DNA of 64,000 bases from an uncultured virus (IMG/VR IMGVR_UViG_3300002066_000001) (Duplodnaviria; Heunggongvirae; Uroviricota; Caudoviricetes), in the IMG/VR virus record IMGVR_UViG_3300002066_000001; one strand, 5' to 3'. Position numbers and translations under genes: made by a program. Below, one piece after another: positions 1 to 10,776 of this stretch. Below the pieces are notes generated by a model. The model worked only from the letters and a program-made list of their open reading frames with translations, made no database searches and had not been told where the DNA came from. Position 1 is the stretch's first letter. Each line of letters begins with the position of its first letter.

Positions 1-273
1 CTCCTTCGGGGTAAGGACGGAGGCAGGAACGAAATAAGACGGCATAGTATCTCTCCCGTCGGTTGTAAGTTCCATAATGTGCATTACCTTGCCGTCCATT
101 GAAAACTTGATATTGTCGACGGGTATTCCTGCTTTCCGTATCCTTTCCCTCTCCTGCTCTGCCCCCTCTGCGCGGGCAGCGGCGATAAGGGAGTCAGTCT
201 TCATTCTAAGCCATGTGTAGTCTTTCCGCTTAACACCCAAAAGCAATTCATCTCGCAGCTCCTCAGCGGTCAT
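1..273 (-). CDS. Hypothetical protein of the modular VEELRE / RAEGAEQE / SVLAPK family, running off the window edge
   Basis: ATG at 273. Manual translation MTAEELRDELL...DSLIAAARAEGAEQERERIR...VPASVLTPKE shares motifs with the ORFs at 733, 13655, 60254 and 60861. Confidence 0.7.
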   Translation of the reverse strand, partial: MTAEELRDELLLGVKRKDYTWLRMKTDSLIAAARAEGAEQERERIRKAGIPVDNIKFSMDGKVMHIMELTTDGRDTMPSYFVPASVLTPKE

Positions 274-428
274 GTCCTGCACCTTGCCTTTCCCTTGATG
301 ACTACTCGGAGTTCACAGTGTTTCACATCACAACCAGATTCATCAAGACAGGCGTTGCAAAGCGGCCATTCTTCCTCCCGCTTCTTCAATTCTAGCTCCC
401 TCTCTCGCAGTTCCTCAACCATAGTCAT
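270..428 (-). CDS. Small Cys-containing hypothetical protein (52 aa)
   Basis: Manual translation MTMVEELRERELELKKREEEWPLCNAC...; ATGA overlaps with both neighbours. Confidence 0.55.
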   Translation of the reverse strand: MTMVEELRERELELKKREEEWPLCNACLDESGCDVKHCELRVVIKGKARCRT

Positions 429-736
429 GGTTGCCCCCTTGGAATCGGTTCAATCCCAAGATATTCATTCAATGAAACTCTTTGCCCGCTTGCATCTAGC
501 CCAACGTTTTCTTCTTGTATCTGTACGGCGCGGATAAGTGCGTCAACAAGTTTCGCGGCCTCCCGTCCTGCGTTTTCGCTACACGTTCCGTGATATATGT
601 ACATGCGACCGATAAGACCGATACACTCCTTCCGCAGTTCTTTAACCCTGTTTGCCATTGTCAACCTCCCCATAATCCTTATCCTCTCGAATCTCAGCAG
701 ACGTGAACGCATCCGCAGGAATGATGATGTGTTCAT
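425..736 (-). CDS. Hypothetical protein, VKELRK / VDALIRA family-like
   Basis: ORF track; ATGA-coupled to neighbours. Confidence 0.6.
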   Translation of the reverse strand: MNTSSFLRMRSRLLRFERIRIMGRLTMANRVKELRKECIGLIGRMYIYHGTCSENAGREAAKLVDALIRAVQIQEENVGLDASGQRVSLNEYLGIEPIPRGQP

Positions 737-1284
737 GGCTTCACCTCGGGCGCGAGAACGGAGGCCAGCCGTTCCTCTGCATCTTTCTTCTTGGATTCAT
801 AGTCCATACGGGTTGCAGGCAAACCATCTAAGGTAGAGATTTCGACAAGGAATTGGCCATACATCTTTATCTCCGCTCGTATGTGCTGGATTTCTTCCTC
901 AACTTTCTGCTTTTGCTTCTCCTTCTCTGCCCCTTCCGCACGACCCTGGACAAGACAGGCGGCAATGAAAGAGTCAACCACTGGATTGCCATATTTATGT
1001 CTGAGTTCTCCCCATGCCATTTCTGGATGCTTGCCACCTAGAAACGCCAATTGTGTCAAATCGCCAACAATACCCTCTCGCAGTTCTTCTACCTTGCTAT
1101 TCCAGTGTTTATCATATGCCGCGTCTTGCTCTTGTTGCTTCTTCATACCACAAACTTCGGCGGCGGCGATAAGGGAGTCAAGCATCTGTATCAAAGACGG
1201 CATAGCCAAGTCTCCGGCTATCGTGTGCAGTAACTTCTCTCGCAGTTCCTCAACTGTTGCCTTTGTGACGTCTGTGAGTATCAT
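733..1284 (-). CDS. Hypothetical protein of the modular family, with two VEELRE...DSxIAA units
   Basis: TAATG overlap with the upstream ORF at 1284. Contains VEELREK..DSLIAA, VEELREG..DSFIAA, QGRAEGAEKE and LASVLAPEVKP. Confidence 0.7.
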   Translation of the reverse strand: MILTDVTKATVEELREKLLHTIAGDLAMPSLIQMLDSLIAAAEVCGMKKQQEQDAAYDKHWNSKVEELREGIVGDLTQLAFLGGKHPEMAWGELRHKYGNPVVDSFIAACLVQGRAEGAEKEKQKQKVEEEIQHIRAEIKMYGQFLVEISTLDGLPATRMDYESKKKDAEERLASVLAPEVKP

Positions 1285-1499
1285 TAGACCTCCGGCATCT
1301 TCCAGCGAGGAATCATACAGGTTCGTAACTGACCGCCAGCCCATGCCATGCACTTCTCTTCCATACACGGAAGGAATGTTTCAGATGAGGATGGTAGCGC
1401 AAACGAGTCTGGATATTCGCTATTACAACTGGGATGATATGTCGTCTCCTTGCGGAACGGACACAGTAACAGTTTTAACAGTTCTCTTTTTTCGTCCAT
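1284..1499 (-). CDS. Small Cys-rich hypothetical protein
   Basis: LCPFRK...PCMEEKCMAW motif; purine-rich RBS upstream. Confidence 0.6.
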   Translation of the reverse strand: MDEKRELLKLLLCPFRKETTYHPSCNSEYPDSFALPSSSETFLPCMEEKCMAWAGGQLRTCMIPRWKMPEV

Positions 1500-1518
1500 A
1501 AGTCTCTCCCCCCTGTTG

Positions 1519-1944
1519 CTATGGCTTCTTCCAACTCTTCAAGACTTGCACAATGCACGTTCCAAGAGCATCGGCAAGTTTGGCGGCTGTCGTGTGTTCC
1601 TGAATCGGTCGGTAGAGCATGACATCGTACTCCCCGGAATTGAGTAACGTCGTCTGAACACATCCGTACTTCCCGGACTCTGAAAGTGTTTGCAACCCTG
1701 TTTCCTTTGCTATTGTCTCTCTGTCTAGTTTTAGCAGCCAATGCAAAAGAACGTCTGTACAGTAAGAAGGGACGTATGGGTTCGTTCTGTCACTCACTGG
1801 GCCATCTTCTATGGTGGCTAGATGCTTGCCATCCTTTGACAACCAGAAGACGCTATCCCATACCTGCCCTGCCACATCGTCAAACCTCACAATGGCGAGC
1901 TGCTCGCTCACGTCGAAGCTCGTGCGGTCGCTCATGTCAATCAT
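1519..1944 (-). CDS. Hypothetical protein
   Basis: ORF track; lies in a tightly packed minus-strand operon. Confidence 0.55.
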   Translation of the reverse strand: MIDMSDRTSFDVSEQLAIVRFDDVAGQVWDSVFWLSKDGKHLATIEDGPVSDRTNPYVPSYCTDVLLHWLLKLDRETIAKETGLQTLSESGKYGCVQTTLLNSGEYDVMLYRPIQEHTTAAKLADALGTCIVQVLKSWKKP

Positions 1945-2127
1945 CGTTCATCTCCTTTGTCAGCGCCCTGACCTCGTCTTCGGGGATACCCGAGAGACTG
2001 GCGGCTTCCTCATATGACATGTGGCCGCCGTTCTTAATAGGTTTCAGGACTCCGAGACTTTGAGCAAACTCGACTTGCATTGGTGTATGTATTTTGTTCC
2101 AGCGGACAACGGGCGGTTTCTTCTTTT

Positions 2128-2508
2128 TCATGGTTCTTTGTGGACAAGGTTCCGATAGATGTCGACAGCCCCCTGTAACTGAAGCGCGCGGTCAAACTCT
2201 TCACACGCGACCTCATACTTGTACTTGACGTCGACGCACTTGTCTTCGAGCTTTCCCATGTCGAGCTCTTCCATCCCGGGAGCATCTATAGAAACAGGGA
2301 TGACGACTGTCTTGTCGTCGTAGATGTGTCCCTCGATAATACAACCGTCGACCATTACACAGACCTTCTCAAACTCTTCCTTGTTCTTCTTGCTATGAGT
2401 GGAACTCATAATAACCAACTCGGCATAGAGGTACGGGTTGCACCCTGCCTCGAGAGCGCTCACGTTTCCACAGATTTCGACTTTCCTGAACAGATAGTCT
2501 TCTTTCAT
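2128..2508 (-). CDS. Hypothetical protein
   Basis: ATGA overlaps on both sides. Confidence 0.6.
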   Translation of the reverse strand: MKEDYLFRKVEICGNVSALEAGCNPYLYAELVIMSSTHSKKNKEEFEKVCVMVDGCIIEGHIYDDKTVVIPVSIDAPGMEELDMGKLEDKCVDVKYKYEVACEEFDRALQLQGAVDIYRNLVHKEP

Positions 2509-2807
2509 TTGCTTGTCTCCTTGGGCTTGTCGACGCTCTCATTGCGGGCATACCGAGGAAGAAAACAGTCCGTCAACTGCCCTGTTTCCCGGTCGATGTA
2601 CGCCGTGATTCCGGTGATATCATGAATGAAGTCCCCGTCCTTAGCGTTCAGAAGGTCTGTGAGTCGGAGTGGGGTTCCGTTCATGTGGCAGGCGGTGATG
2701 TCCATAAGAGAAGTCATCCGGTCTTTCACAAGCCCCATATCTTCTGCCCGTTTGACGATTGCAAGCATCAGTTTCGTGTCCTCTTTTGACGTTGTCCATT
2801 CAATCAT
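2505..2807 (-). CDS. Conserved phage protein (DUF6874-like)
   Basis: MDITACH.NG.PLRL..LL.A.D.DF.HDI.GI...IDRETG.L..CFLPRYA signature, recognised from memory. Confidence 0.7.
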   Translation of the reverse strand: MIEWTTSKEDTKLMLAIVKRAEDMGLVKDRMTSLMDITACHMNGTPLRLTDLLNAKDGDFIHDITGITAYIDRETGQLTDCFLPRYARNESVDKPKETSK

Positions 2808-3172
2808 GTCGTTTACTCTCCTTCGACGAGCTTCATGTCGAGCTCGCCAACCAGACGGGATGTGAACCCGCCCTTGCCCTTCTCGTCAGTGACCTTATAG
2901 ACAACTGTGTAGACGCCGTCGCCCCAGTAAGCGTTGACGTGTCCAACCAATGTTCCATCCTTCACGTCGCCGGATTTGTGGGTATCCGGTGTCTCGACGA
3001 TATCTCCGACCTGAAACTTCTGAGACTTCTTCACTCTTCCCCCTCTCCGTAGTCTGCAAGTACCTCGCCGCTTGTGAATCCTTCTTTGATGAGGTTTCCG
3101 ATGTGCTCCAAATCGCAATCGTCAAGCTCTACGTCGCAGTCAAGAGACCACCAGCCATTCTTTTTTGCCATG

Positions 3173-3625
3173 TTACTCCCCCTCGTTCTTCACGACAGCT
3201 TCAAAGTATTCCTGCAGGTGGTTGAAGATGATTTCCTTCTGGCGGTAGATACCGATGCCGATTGCATCGAACAGGCTGAAGTTCTCCATTTCGACCGACC
3301 CATCCGCAACCGCTTCGTCGACGTAATCAACGTTGTTGTAGTCCTCCAACAACCATTTCATGCGGTCGTTGTTGTAACAGGGGACGAGGCTGTCGACTTG
3401 TTCAGTGAGGTTGTCCTCACTAGGCAGCTCTTCGCCTTCCATCGTATCGAGCAGAAAGTCGATGTACTCGCTTGCCGTCTCCCATGAAGCGTCGAGGTCA
3501 CTGACCTCGCAGGTACGAACCGCATCCCTGAAGTCGATGAGTTGAGGGTCGAGGTTGTCGTCGAAATACGTCTTCTTTTCCTTGACAGTGAAACCTTTCT
3601 GAATCTTCTCGAGCAATGCTCTCAT
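3173..3625 (-). CDS. Highly acidic early protein, possible DNA mimic
   Basis: GGAGG RBS before the ATG at 3625; D/E-rich; contains EQVDSLVPCYN. Confidence 0.5.
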   Translation of the reverse strand: MRALLEKIQKGFTVKEKKTYFDDNLDPQLIDFRDAVRTCEVSDLDASWETASEYIDFLLDTMEGEELPSEDNLTEQVDSLVPCYNNDRMKWLLEDYNNVDYVDEAVADGSVEMENFSLFDAIGIGIYRQKEIIFNHLQEYFEAVVKNEGE

Positions 3626-3832
3626 GTCAGTCCTCCGGAACGTCAAGAAACGACGTAGCTTTTTCCTCATCGTTCCAGACAACGTGACCAACAATGCCCC
3701 CCTGTCGAACCGCTTCGTTATGCGCGGACTCGGCGGTGTCGTGGAGGATTCTGCCGACCAGCGGGTACTTGTAATTCTCAGGCTGATACAACGAAAGAAC
3801 AACCCATGCCTCATATTCCATATCAATCTCCC

Positions 3833-4252
3833 TTAGTCGTTGAGTTCGTTGTAGTCTTCGATTGGGTCGAGACCGAGGTCGGCTGCTTTGTCTGCTTGCT
3901 TCTTGCAGTCGTTATAGATGGCATACACATTGCGGCTGTCGGTATCGTAACCAAACTCGCTGCAGAACTCTTCAAAGTTCAGATTCCCGGAAGAGGCGTC
4001 TGACATGAGGCAAGCGAGAGCGGCCTTAAGGTCGTCGGCTGTCAGGGTGTCTTTGCCAAGCTGCCAGTTATACGCGGAGTCGGTGAATTGAAAGGAGCGA
4101 TGAATGCCAGTAGTTTTATTCTTGACCGTGACAAGGAAACGGTTGTGCATACTTGCTGTCCGAGACTTCGGCTCATGTTCCCATCCGTCAACTTCTTTGA
4201 GGAATCGAGCTGTGACCTCGTAGTTCTTGTAGACATAAGTCAACTTCTCCAT
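3833..4252 (-). CDS. Conserved phage hypothetical protein
   Basis: FEEFCSEFGYDTDSR motif, common in phage early genes; GGAGG RBS. Confidence 0.7.
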   Translation of the reverse strand: MEKLTYVYKNYEVTARFLKEVDGWEHEPKSRTASMHNRFLVTVKNKTTGIHRSFQFTDSAYNWQLGKDTLTADDLKAALACLMSDASSGNLNFEEFCSEFGYDTDSRNVYAIYNDCKKQADKAADLGLDPIEDYNELND

Positions 4253-4528
4253 ACTGTCCTCCTTAGTCTGTAGGATTGTTGTCAAGCCCGAAGGCTTGCG
4301 GGTCTTCTTGAACCTCCGACCATCCGGCCATGACGCCGTTTTGATGAACCACTCTGACAATAATCTCTAGTGCCATTCCATGTCCATAGAAGTTGACCAA
4401 GGGTATGTACTCTTCTGATGCCGTCTCTACAACTTCGTCTTCGTTCTGCGCATAACCGAGCACAGCGGTCAACCTCTCTTGCGAGTGTTTTATTCGAGCC
4501 GCTATCTCTAGTTCCTCTGCCGTCAACA

Positions 4529-4858
4529 TTAACTCTCCCCCCGAAGCAGTTCATCTGCTTCCTTGAACCTTCCCCCTTCTCTCAGCAATGCGACCTGCAC
4601 TTCTTTGGGAAGCCCATTCCATTTGATGCGCTTTCCAAGGCGAGCATAATCGGCTTTGCGTCTGCCCCAACCGTCAATCGGATTGAAAGACTGTGAACCG
4701 TGCTGGAAGAAACCACACGGGTAGAGCGGGTTGTTGCTGAGTCCGGCGTATGGGTAGACCTTCTCGCCCAAAAACCTATATCCTCTGTAACAGACTGTGT
4801 ATTTATCAAGCGTCTCTTGACTTTCGTCGTAATAGAACCGTGCCCGTATCCCTTTCAT
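4529..4858 (-). CDS. Conserved phage hypothetical protein
   Basis: DKYTV...GFFQHG...LGKRIKW..LP..VQ motif. Confidence 0.65.
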   Translation of the reverse strand: MKGIRARFYYDESQETLDKYTVCYRGYRFLGEKVYPYAGLSNNPLYPCGFFQHGSQSFNPIDGWGRRKADYARLGKRIKWNGLPKEVQVALLREGGRFKEADELLRGES

Positions 4859-5696
4859 CTCTCTCCCCCCTGTTACTTGTATTTGTCAATCTGATGAACG
4901 TAGTAGTTCTTGCTGAAGTTTGCAAGGTCTTCAGCTTGTTCGTAGGTCGTTGTAACTGCGATGATACTGTAACTGCGATTGTTGCTCTCTCTCCTCAACA
5001 CTGCCCATCGCTTATCTTCTTTCAGCCAATCGCAAATGTCTTCGTTGTCCATGTTTTCTCCTAGACCTCTTCGAGCTGTTGGATATAGTAGTCTGCGTTC
5101 TCGTACGCCGCCAAGAAGGTGTCAGCCTGCTCTTCGGTCGTGAATAGCGCAACAATGGTGTCTTCAATATAGGTGCCATTGTTTATCACTGCCCATCGCC
5201 TGCTGCTGCCACTGTACAGCCATTGCCGTGCGTCGTCGTTGTCCATGTCTTCTCCTTAGAGTGCGCCGTTGACAAGAATCTCGTTTTGAAAGTCCTTATA
5301 TCGCTTGCCCTTATGGTCGACTGTCAGCCGCGTCTTGTCAAACTGTTTGACAATATACTCACGAAGCTCCCATCCCTCCCAATCCTCCGGCATGAATACA
5401 GTCTTCAAGATGACGTCATCACGAACTCTGTTGCATAGAGCTTCGATGAACTGTAGACGCTCGAGTCCTGTCATTTCTTGTTCCCGAGCATCCAGTCAAT
5501 AGCGCCACACGCCATGAGAACGCCGTGCTCGATGGTCAGGCTGTCGTTGTTGATGAACTTCTCTTCCAACCATTCGGCGAAGTCGTCTCGAAGACCGTAG
5601 ATATACAAACCCCGGACGATGTTGAGAGCACAGTAAGCGTCTTTGATTCTCTCTTTCTTGTGTTCCAGATATGCTTCCGATGACATGTCTTCCTCC

Positions 5697-6062
5697 TCAG
5701 AACGATGGGTCGTAGTAGTGTTCGCGCTTACCGATGCGGACTACCCGCCCTCTCATGTTTTTCTCGTCATGCCACTTGCCATCCTTCCTCATCCAGCATT
5801 CGTAGATGGGGGCTTCCGGGTCTGGTTCGTATCGGTAATACTGTGCATCGCCAATGTCAAAAGTGGACTGTTTCCCGTCCTTGTCGACCCTGATGTGTTT
5901 GTCGAGTTGCACACGGATGTGTACGTCCGAGACAACCTCAATAATAGTCCCGGCGTCCAAATCGGAGTAACTGACGAAGGTTGCTCCCATCCCGACTTCT
6001 GGTTTCAACTTCTGCGCGCCCTCTTCCATGATGCGGTTCTGCAGACTGCCATAGAGCTTCAT
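5697..6062 (-). CDS. Conserved phage hypothetical protein
   Basis: PEVGMGAT...IGKREHYYDPSF motif. Confidence 0.65.
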   Translation of the reverse strand: MKLYGSLQNRIMEEGAQKLKPEVGMGATFVSYSDLDAGTIIEVVSDVHIRVQLDKHIRVDKDGKQSTFDIGDAQYYRYEPDPEAPIYECWMRKDGKWHDEKNMRGRVVRIGKREHYYDPSF

Positions 6063-6249
6063 GTTTCCCCCTTAATATCTGCCGTGAGTACGAGAAAATA
6101 TTGATTCCCCATCCCGTCATCGCGGCTAATCTTAACCAACTCTGGCGTCACTAATTCCACAACAGTTCCATACCATATTGTCTCATGCGCCGGATTGTTG
6201 TAAAACCCCTTGTCATACTGTCTGTGCCAGCCGACCCTATCTCCGACGT

Positions 6250-6795
6250 TCACAGTTTCCCTTCCTCCCGATAGAAAGTCCATTCTTCGAGCGTTCTTGC
6301 CCCTTTTGAGCTATTGCAATGAGCGCAAGCTGCCGCCACATTGCCCTTATTGTGTCTGCCACCCCTTGAGAGTGGGATAACGTGGTCTAAAGTTAATTTT
6401 GCTTCTTTGTCGCAGTAATAGCAATGACCTTTGGCTTCTCTTAGAATTGCCAGCCATTCAGTTGATGTCAGCATTTCATCAATCGGGGTATTGTGCAATT
6501 TGAGGTCGCGGCGTTTAGATGCTTGAGCCGAAGCCATGCCCAAATATCTTTCGGGGTATTTTTTCTGCCACCTAATTTTGTTTGCTTTTCCTTTTTCGGG
6601 GTTTTTCTTAGCGTATTCAGCTAGATACACCGCCGTTTTCTCGGGATTATTCTTGCGCGACTTAGCAGCATTAACCCTGCGTTGCATAGTTCTCACCATT
6701 GAGCCGCACCCTTTGCAATATTTCTGACGAGAAGCAGTTGGTTTGTATTCTATGCCACACCTCTGACATATCTTTGTTCCGTAAACGTGACTCAT
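6250..6795 (-). CDS. HNH endonuclease
   Basis: CYYC...LTLDHVIPLSRGG.H...NV..AC..CNSSKG; N-terminal CxxC; AT-richer than its neighbours. Confidence 0.9.
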   Translation of the reverse strand: MSHVYGTKICQRCGIEYKPTASRQKYCKGCGSMVRTMQRRVNAAKSRKNNPEKTAVYLAEYAKKNPEKGKANKIRWQKKYPERYLGMASAQASKRRDLKLHNTPIDEMLTSTEWLAILREAKGHCYYCDKEAKLTLDHVIPLSRGGRHNKGNVAAACAHCNSSKGARTLEEWTFYREEGKL

Positions 6796-7485
6796 CCTAT
6801 TTCCCTTCTGTATGACAAGTATATATCAAGAGAACCTTTTATCGTTCAACCGCGTCTCTTTCTTCGCGTCGTACTCCATCTGAGTCTTCACCAGCCGCCA
6901 AACTAAGTCGGGGACTGTTTCGTTGTCCTTAAGGTCAACGCCGAGGTTGTAGATGAACCTGTCTGCCAACTCTTGAAGGGTGTCCCCCCTCGTAAGAACT
7001 GCACAAGTCTCGAGCTCGAGCACCTTGTACTTCCTTTGAGGTTTCTTCCCCTTGACAAGTATCCAACCAATGCCCGGGAGTCCACTCAAAAAGACTCGAA
7101 CACCGTTCTCTGTATACGTCTTTCCATCGTACCAATTCAGGTAACTCGATGACAAGGGTATCTTTGTCCTAGATTCGATGAACTTTGGGTGCGCGACCTT
7201 CCATGCTTCGATTGTTTCTGCGGCGGTCATGGTTTCTCCTTTGCTTTGACTTCGACAGTTCCACCGTAAGGGTAAGCGTCGAGACAAGCCGGACAACGCT
7301 CAAATGCGGTAACGTATCCTTCTTCCATGTTTGCCCGTATTAGCGTGGTTTCGTCCGCTTGGTCTTCAGGGAATAGACAGGCATCGCAGAAGAAAGCGCA
7401 GGTAACGGGTTCCACCCCAGTAGCAAAGGGGCTGTACTCGTCTTCAGTCGGCTCATCGCAATACTTTCCGCTCGGTATTTCCACG

Positions 7486-7890
7486 TTAGATTTCCTCGAC
7501 CCTCTTTGTAAGTTTGATGCTGCTTGCCATCATCGTGCCGAGCCAACAACGGGTGCAATTATAAGCGTACTCGCCTCTCTCCTCGCAACGGATAACCTCG
7601 TCCATTAAGAGTTGAATCTCTTTCTCTCTTGCTCCCCTTACGCAGTCGTAGGCGACCATCATCTCTATTGCATGGAGGTCGGCGGATGTCTCGCACTCCC
7701 AAATTTGCTGCCTCTCGTAGCCACAGAACAATTTTGCATGTTCCAGAGTATCGAACACAAAGGGGCCATACTTCTTCTTTGTCGTCCACTCGCCGGGCTT
7801 ATAGACAATTTGGCTAACTCCCGAGATGCAGGCAGAAACAAGAAGGCCCTCGTCAACCCCGGTAACAACCTTGAATGCTTTCTTGTTCAT
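7486..7890 (-). CDS. Hypothetical protein, paralog of 9391..9801
   Basis: Shares IVY.PG.WT.K..YGPFVFDTL.H and GT..ASSIKLT with the paralog. Confidence 0.7.
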   Translation of the reverse strand: MNKKAFKVVTGVDEGLLVSACISGVSQIVYKPGEWTTKKKYGPFVFDTLEHAKLFCGYERQQIWECETSADLHAIEMMVAYDCVRGAREKEIQLLMDEVIRCEERGEYAYNCTRCWLGTMMASSIKLTKRVEEI

Positions 7891-8250
7891 GACCTACAAC
7901 CCCTTTAAAATCTTGATTCTGTTCTTCTCTTTGCGCGTAAGGGCTTTGGGAATCTTAGTTTTCCAAACCCCTGCCCGTTTCTGATTGTGTTTTTGCTTGG
8001 CTGGCTTCAACTTGGGCTTTGAGACAATCTTGGCTCCGCGAAGGTTCCCGTCTTTATCAAAGCTCAATACTATCATTATGCGACCGCCTTCTCGCAGCCA
8101 GCTCAGCCAGTATTACTGCTGCGGCTGCCGACTCTGTTCCCCCGGCAATGAGGGAGGCAATGATAGGGAATATAATGTTCTCAGCTTCTAACTGCGAAAT
8201 CATTTGAGAGTGTAGATGCCATAGCGTTCTAGAAATCTCTTCAAGCGCCT

Positions 8251-8721
8251 TCATGCGACTTCCTCCTTCTTTTTGTACCCGATGTTACCAGAGATGAAGT
8301 CCCAACCATCGTTTCCTATCATATTCTGTCGCTTGTCCATGTAGAAGCCGAATAGCATGTTGATAAGGGGAACCTCTTTGTGCGCGTCATGGAGCAACTT
8401 CTTCAGATTGTTGCCCTCCTTAAACCATAACCCTGCATACGTTCCATAATCCGCGAGGATTTCTGCTTTCTCAAGTTCAGTTCCGATGACATAATCATCA
8501 CCACAACAACATTTGGCGGCTTCTTTCATCCCCTCTTCTCCGGCTGCTTCGGGTGAGACGGCGATTATCGAGACGGCGTAGGTGGGGTAATCAGCCTCTT
8601 CTCTGTACTCGCGTTCGTATAAGATTTGGATACTGAGCCAGTAATCCCAGTCACCGTTGTTTAGCTTCTTCGAGAACAATGTTTTTTCGCTATCGTCGTC
8701 CTTCGAGATGTTGAACCTCAT
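8251..8721 (-). CDS. Conserved phage hypothetical protein
   Basis: LFGFYMDK.QN.IGNDGWDFI.G C-terminal motif; RBS before the ATG at 8721. Confidence 0.6.
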   Translation of the reverse strand: MRFNISKDDDSEKTLFSKKLNNGDWDYWLSIQILYEREYREEADYPTYAVSIIAVSPEAAGEEGMKEAAKCCCGDDYVIGTELEKAEILADYGTYAGLWFKEGNNLKKLLHDAHKEVPLINMLFGFYMDKRQNMIGNDGWDFISGNIGYKKKEEVA

Positions 8722-9390
8722 GTCATCCCCCTTCTCCCCATGAAGGGGGTTTTGAATGGTCGGCGAAGTTGTCAATAACTGCGAATGACGGGAATTTTTT
8801 GTGGGCCGCCCTCCACTGTGCCGCGAAGATAATAACGCCATTGACCTGCCACGGCTTCAGCTTCGGGAACTTGCTGTGCATGTGCCCCACGATTGCTTCC
8901 ATTGTCATGTCGTCACCGCTCCCGAGTCAAAGATTGCAATGATTCGTTTTTCTGCTTCCATCTCGGTGATTACTCCGTAGCTAAGCTGTAAAAGTATCTT
9001 GGAGATTGTTTCTTTTGGTGTCATGCCGCCACATCCACACGAACGGTCATTTCCGCGTCTTTTTTAATGTCTCCGTCAATTCTTACTATGTATTTTGCCC
9101 CCGTGAAAATTCCCTCTTTGTCTCCGTTGGGTGCTTTTGCATATACGTCAGTCAGGTACTCCGCTCCGCTGTCGGTTTTATGATAATATAGTTTGATATT
9201 CATTTCGCCACCGATTCGATTCCAGACCCGCCCTCGCCCGTGGCCTTGAACCCGTCCTCGTAAAGGCCAGTGTTGTAGTCGATGAGAGCGTCTAGGACAA
9301 GTTGGGCTTCGTTGCGAGTATAGGTGTAGACATAGAGCGTATAAGCGGGGTCGATTGGAGAGTTGTACCACACTCTGAATTTCTTCTCCC

Positions 9391-9801
9391 TCATGCCTCC
9401 TCCTCTAGAAAAATGCGCTCTGTAAGTTTGATGGAACTTGCTATCAGCGTTCCTTCCCATGGGTCTTGCGTGACAGGTTCGTCGTTTTCGTCGCCATCCC
9501 TAGACACTTTGTCCATCAACGCCCTAACCCGTTGTAGCGATGCTATTTCTACTTCATATCCAGCGACCATCACATCGAGTTCGTGAACGTCTTCGCTCGT
9601 TTCACACACCCAAACCTGTTGGGAGGGGCAAGAATGTGTAACATATTCGCTTAAATGCTTGAGAGTATCGAAGACGAAGGGGCCGTATCTACGCTTTGGC
9701 GTCCATTTGCCGGGCTCATACACTATCTTAGCTGAACCATAGATGAAAGCCGATGTCAGCGTACCGTCATATTCCACATTCACTAGCTTGTATGCTCTCA
9801 T
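9391..9801 (-). CDS. Hypothetical protein, paralog of 7486..7890
   Basis: Shared motifs as noted for the paralog; ATGA coupling. Confidence 0.7.
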   Translation of the reverse strand: MRAYKLVNVEYDGTLTSAFIYGSAKIVYEPGKWTPKRRYGPFVFDTLKHLSEYVTHSCPSQQVWVCETSEDVHELDVMVAGYEVEIASLQRVRALMDKVSRDGDENDEPVTQDPWEGTLIASSIKLTERIFLEEEA

Positions 9802-10087
9802 GCCGTCGCCTCCAATTTGAATGCTTCAATAACCTCGTAACTGATTTCATTGCCCTTGTCGTCAAACTTGGCAATACCCACCTTGTTATCGTACATATAC
9901 TCGCGGATACGTATCGGGATTCCCATGAAAGAACTAATACCACTAAGAGCCGGGTCAGGCATGCCTGTTCCACTTGCTTTCCCGAGTTTCTCTAGTGTCG
10001 TCTCGTTCATGCGGAGTTCCATGTGATAGGGCAGCCGTGCTTTCAATCGCGCCATGTCGTCAAAGAGTGCCGTGAGGGTTTTGTCGC

Positions 10088-10747
10088 TCATGCCGTTACC
10101 TCCGGTTCAAGGTTCCGTGCGTAGTAGACCGTGCCATCATCGAAGAACTCAAGTTCGTTGGCTTCGATTTCCTCGACGATGTAGTCGCGTTCGAACAGAC
10201 CTTCGTACTCTTCTCTGAACATCTTCAGCATGTCGCCGTTGAAGTCGCGCACAGTATCCACGATGTCTTCGACGATTCCGTCGAATTGCTCTTCCAAGTC
10301 GCCCCGTGTTGACCTCATATTGTCAATGCCGCTTTCGATTTGTGTGCCATAGTAGTTGCTCTGGTTACAACTGAACGATAATTCAAGAGCGCCGTGGTCA
10401 ACGCACCGCAGAAAGCGCGTCCAATACTCGTATTCCCTGCGCTTCCGCATATCAGGTTTCCGCAGGTTCATGACCGTCCTTGCAAAGAGACTCTGGTCGC
10501 CGGCATATCCCTCGAAGCCGAACTCTCGATGGTCGATGTCAAACCAGAACTCCAGACCCCACTTTCCCTTTGCCTTAATTTCCATGCCAAGCTCCCTAGC
10601 CTTATCTTTCATCCAATCTTCGTCGCCATCCCACCAATCGTAGCCGGGGTATTCGCCGCTCGTATAGTGTTCGACTGCCGCGTCCTGTGCTGAGTTGCTC
10701 AGTTCCTTGAACTGATAAACCGTGAACTCCTTTTGTACAATTCTCAT
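10088..10747 (-). CDS. Conserved acidic phage protein
   Basis: TVYQFKELSNSAQ..A at the N-terminus and EEIEANELEFFDDG at the C-terminus, typical of a widespread phage family. Confidence 0.7.
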   Translation of the reverse strand: MRIVQKEFTVYQFKELSNSAQDAAVEHYTSGEYPGYDWWDGDEDWMKDKARELGMEIKAKGKWGLEFWFDIDHREFGFEGYAGDQSLFARTVMNLRKPDMRKRREYEYWTRFLRCVDHGALELSFSCNQSNYYGTQIESGIDNMRSTRGDLEEQFDGIVEDIVDTVRDFNGDMLKMFREEYEGLFERDYIVEEIEANELEFFDDGTVYYARNLEPEVTA

Positions 10748-10776
10748 GGCTCTCTCCCCCCGAGATAAATTGGCGG

